From Macrostomum lignano (taxonomy: Eukaryota): 22,885 bases of DNA. The translations under genes were made by a program, and so were the position numbers. Where the stretch lies: the NCBI GenBank assembly GCA_002269645.1, contig NIVC01002223.1:1-22885 (forward strand), given 5' to 3'. Positions within the stretch are counted from its first letter, which is position 1. Each line of letters starts with the position of its first letter. Below the pieces are notes generated by a model that was given only the letters and a program-made list of their open reading frames with translations, ran no database searches and had not been told where the DNA came from. Positions 19,574 to 22,885 of the stretch are shown here, piece after piece.

Positions 19574-20575
19574 ATGGCGTCGCAAGCAGAAAGGCAGAGT
19601 CATGAACTCAATTTGGACGACGCCGACATGGCCGAAGCATGGATGCAGCGACTCTCAGCCACAGCGCGCATCAAAAAGCTAACAGACTCGGATGAGGCTC
19701 GGGACAAAACTGACCTATTCTTATCTAAGGCCGGCCTTCAGGCAATTCGCACGCTATCCCTAATGGCAGCACCAAAAAAACTTGATGAGATGAAATTCGA
19801 TGACATCAAAAAGCTAGTTGACGAGACGATCCGGCCGAAAAAGTCACTTGTAATTGCCGAACGCACCAGGTTCCTCAGCTTGAAGCAGGAATCGGGTGAG
19901 ACCGTCATAGCCTACTACCGGAGGCTGAGGGCTGCTACGTCACACTGCGAGTTTGAAAAGCTGGGCAGCAAGCAGACAAAGGAGGACGACATGATTACCA
20001 TGCAACTAATTGACGGCCTAAACTCCTCAGAGCACAAAAAAAGAATCTTGGAGCGCCTACAAAACGAAGATGGAGAAACGCCACTCGACAGGATCTTGCA
20101 GAATTTGCAGCAGCTTGAGCAGATCCGTGACTACAACACGCCGGCTCCTGCTGACATCGCCTTCGCCGGTCAACAAAGGGGAGTCTCCTCACCTGCCAAG
20201 CCGCAGCCGTCAATCAAATGCGGGTTCTGCGGCGCCAATCACCTGAGGGGCAACTGCCCAGCCTACGGCAAAAAATGCTCCAAGTGCCAAAAAAGAAATC
20301 ACTTTGCGGCTGTCTGCAGATCACGAGCTGTCCATCAGGAAATCGCAGTCGATGCAGAAGAAGCAGACGTGTATACTCTTAGCCCCAACAGAGCTAAAGC
20401 GGGCCTCTTCAAGACCATCAAAATCAACGGCCAGGGTATCTCAATGCAAGTCGACACCGGAGCTGAGATCAGTCTGATTCCGCAGAACCTCTGGCGCCAG
20501 CTGGGCCGGCCCACCCTGCGCAAGTGCAGGAGAATTCTCCGGCAGTTCGACGGTTCCAGCATTGCCTGCCTCGGG
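19574..20575 (+). pseudogene. gag: Retrotransposon gag and N-terminal half of the aspartic protease (genuine frame to about 20575)
   Basis: CGFCGANHLRGNCPAYGKKCSKCQKRNHFAAVC knuckles from 20219 and MQVDTGAEISLIP (D at 20453). The frame shifts at GGG 20573-20575. Confidence 0.88.
19575..19589 (+). other. Putative primer-binding site TGGCGTCGCAAGCAG (tRNA-Ser-like)
   Basis: Begins with TGG one base after the putative LTR end. Its reverse complement CTGCTTGCGACGCCA resembles eukaryotic tRNA-Ser 3' ends (from recall). Confidence 0.5.
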
Positions 20576-22885
20576 AATTCACTGCGTCACTCGAGACCAA
20601 CTCGAAATTCGTCACGATTGACCTGGTTGTCACCGCCGCGGAGAAGAAGCACGGTCTGCTTGGCATGCACAACATAAAGCTCCAAGAAGACGCGGTCACC
20701 ATCAACGCGGTCCAACAGCTCGGATGCCTCAAAGGGTTCAAAGCTAAGATTAGACTGGTGGAAGGAGCCAAAGCGTTCTATTGTGCTGCCCGGTCCGTGC
20801 CGCTACACCTCAGAGACTTGGTGGTGCGCGAGCTGCAAAGAATGGAATCCGAGGGTATCATTGAGGCGGTTTCTCCCGGAGGCAGCCAATCGCCTATTGT
20901 CAACGTGCTCAAGCCAAATGGAAAGGTTCGTGACTGTGCCGATTTTAAAGCTGGTGTCAATCACCAGATATGCAATGACACCTACCCGATCCCGGAGATG
21001 GAGACGATTTTTTCTGAGATAGCAGGCATGTCGCACTTTGCTAAACTGGATCTCTCTGATGCTTACCTGCAAATCGAACTCGATGAAGATAGCCGAGAGG
21101 TGACGACAATCGCGACACCTTTGGGTCTCTTCCGCTACAAAAGGCTGGTTCCCGGGCTGAAATCTGCATCGGCCATTTTCCAGAAAGCCATGGAAACAAT
21201 CCTACAGGATGTCAGCAACAAGATTGTCTACCAGGATGACGTCCTCCTGGGAGCGAAGTCCAACGCCGAATTAAGGAGCAAAGTGCAGCACGTTCTCCAG
21301 ACGATGCGAACTGCTGGAATGACGATCAACCTAGAAAAGTCCAATCTAAGCGCAACGGAGGTCAGATTCCTCGGCTACAGCATCAGCGCGAGCGGGATCA
21401 CCCCGGACCCCAATCTGGTCGGAAAAATTCGCTCAGTGAACTCGCCGAAGGACAGAAAGCAGCTCGAATCGTTTCTAGGACTTTCCAACTTCTTCGGGAG
21501 GTTTATTAAGAATTACTCTGACGTCATAGAACCGCTCAATCAACTCCGGGGCCGAAACGTTGAGTTCGTCTGGGGCCCAGCCCAGGAAGCTGCCTTCACG
21601 CGAATCAAGGATCTGCTGTGCAGCGAGCCTGTAATCAAGCCGTATGACAAGCACAAAGAGACCACGCTCACTACCGATGCTAGCGAGAAAGCCATCGGAG
21701 CGATCCTCTCGCAGGGCAACCACCCGATCATGTACTTCAGCCGGAAACTGAGCAGTGCAGAAGCAGGGTATTCAAACATCGAGAGAGAGGCGCTGGCGAT
21801 CGTTTAGGCTATGGAGCGTGCGAAACAGTTCCTATTAGGGTCGCGCTTCACACTCAGAACGGATCATCGCCCGCTGGAATACATCTTCGGGTCGATGGGC
21901 AATCAAACTGATGGCCTTTGACTATGACATCGTCTACACTAAAGGCGAATCGATTCCGCAAGTAGATGCACTTTCGCGGCTGGATTTTGAAGGTGACAGC
22001 GACACCGAGCTGACAGAGCGGCCGGAAAGCATCATTCACTGGACTGGCGAGGCTGTGATCCGTGGCAGGAGCTGAAATCAGAGACCCAAAGGGACCGACT
22101 GCTGCTTGATGTCATGAAACGCGTTGCTGTCAACAGATGGTCAAACTGCTCGCCAGCCGAACGACCTTTCAAGGCCATCCGACACGCCCTCACGACCGAC
22201 GACGGAGTTCTCTGCTACGGTGATCGCCCAGTCATCCGGCTGTCCTCCGACAAGGCGTTCTTGGAATTGTGCACGATACGCATCAGGGATCTGGCTCAAC
22301 GCGCGCTCGCCTACAGAACTCAGCCTGGTGGCCCGGCTATTGCAGCGACGTCGAGGCCTACGTTCGAGGTTGCCCGACCTGCTCAAGACTGCGCCCGAGT
22401 GGTCTGGAGAGTGTCCACAGGTGGCCCGACGAGGAAAAGCCGTGGCACAGGGTCCACATGGATCATGCGTGTGTGCCGAGGGTCGGACTCCTGCTCATTC
22501 TAGTTGACGCTATGTCCGGCTGGCCCGAGGCTGTACGAGTGCAAAACAGGGACGCGGCGACAGTCAAGCGGGTGTTGCAGACAGTCTTTGCTAGGAACGG
22601 CGTGCCTCATGTGCTGGTCAGCGACAACGCCGCCGAGTTCCACGACGCCAATCTGATCGCCTGGCTGGAAAGAATCGGCTGCCGCGCCATCAAGACTCCC
22701 CGCGACACCTCAGTCTAACGGCTTTGGCCGAGCGGATGGTCCAGTCTATCAAGAGAGCATCTGCGGCGTGGGACATCCGAAAGCTACGAGTCGTTCCTGT
22801 CCAGGGTACTCCTAAACTACACAGGTGTGTGCCGCATGCTGGGCGCCAGCAGAGCCCGTCACAGCTCATGGGTCGACAACTACGC
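20576..22885 (+). pseudogene. pol: Retrotransposon pol (protease C-terminus, RT, RNase H, integrase), disrupted
   Basis: RT with FAKLDLSDAYLQI and YQDD (21229-21240). TAG at 21805-21807 where W is expected. Probable deletion at 21892/21893, then RWAIKLMAFDYDIVYTKG..VDALSRL. Integrase VHDTHQG..WWPG..CPTC..HMDH..VSDNA, and SNG(L)AERMVQSIK recoverable across indels. Confidence 0.9.

Larger units (their letters stand above)
19248..22885 (+). mobile_element. Ty3/Gypsy (Mag-like) LTR retrotransposon, truncated by the window edge, with frameshifts and a stop
   Basis: Domain order gag (two CCHC knuckles) - protease (VDTGA) - RT (YQDD) - RNase H (TDAS, EREALAIV, TDHRPL, DALSRL) - integrase (HxxH..CxxC, D-D-E). 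Integrase after RNase H indicates Ty3/Gypsy. The left boundary is approximate. Confidence 0.93.

Noticed and set aside
20565-20590. Programmed gag-pol ribosomal frameshift
   Set aside because: It lies inside the protease, there is no X XXY YYZ heptamer in frame, and one missing G explains it.

Overview
Eukaryotic (metazoan) genomic DNA with GT-AG spliced genes, GC-rich exons and many tandem arrays. By inference it resembles a free-living flatworm such as Macrostomum; the organism is not proven. Spliced by hand, the window holds three genes: DPH5 (minus, 3 exons, 307 aa); an unrecognised 152-aa secreted six-cysteine protein that the ORF track catches only in part (plus, 3 exons); and an SPOP/roadkill MATH-BTB-BACK gene (minus, 5 coding exons, 393 aa from the first genomic ATG). 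It also contains a tRNA-derived CORE-type SINE in SPOP intron 1, eleven different tandem or simple repeat arrays (about one third of the non-retrotransposon sequence), and the 5' part of a Ty3/Gypsy LTR retrotransposon (gag-PR-RT-RH-IN, with lesions) that runs off the right edge. The best leads are the orphan secreted protein, the SINE, and an ATG-less 84-codon in-frame extension of SPOP. That extension starts exactly at a splice acceptor and would be translated if a flatworm-type spliced leader supplied its 3'-terminal AUG; it also encloses an out-of-frame uORF.
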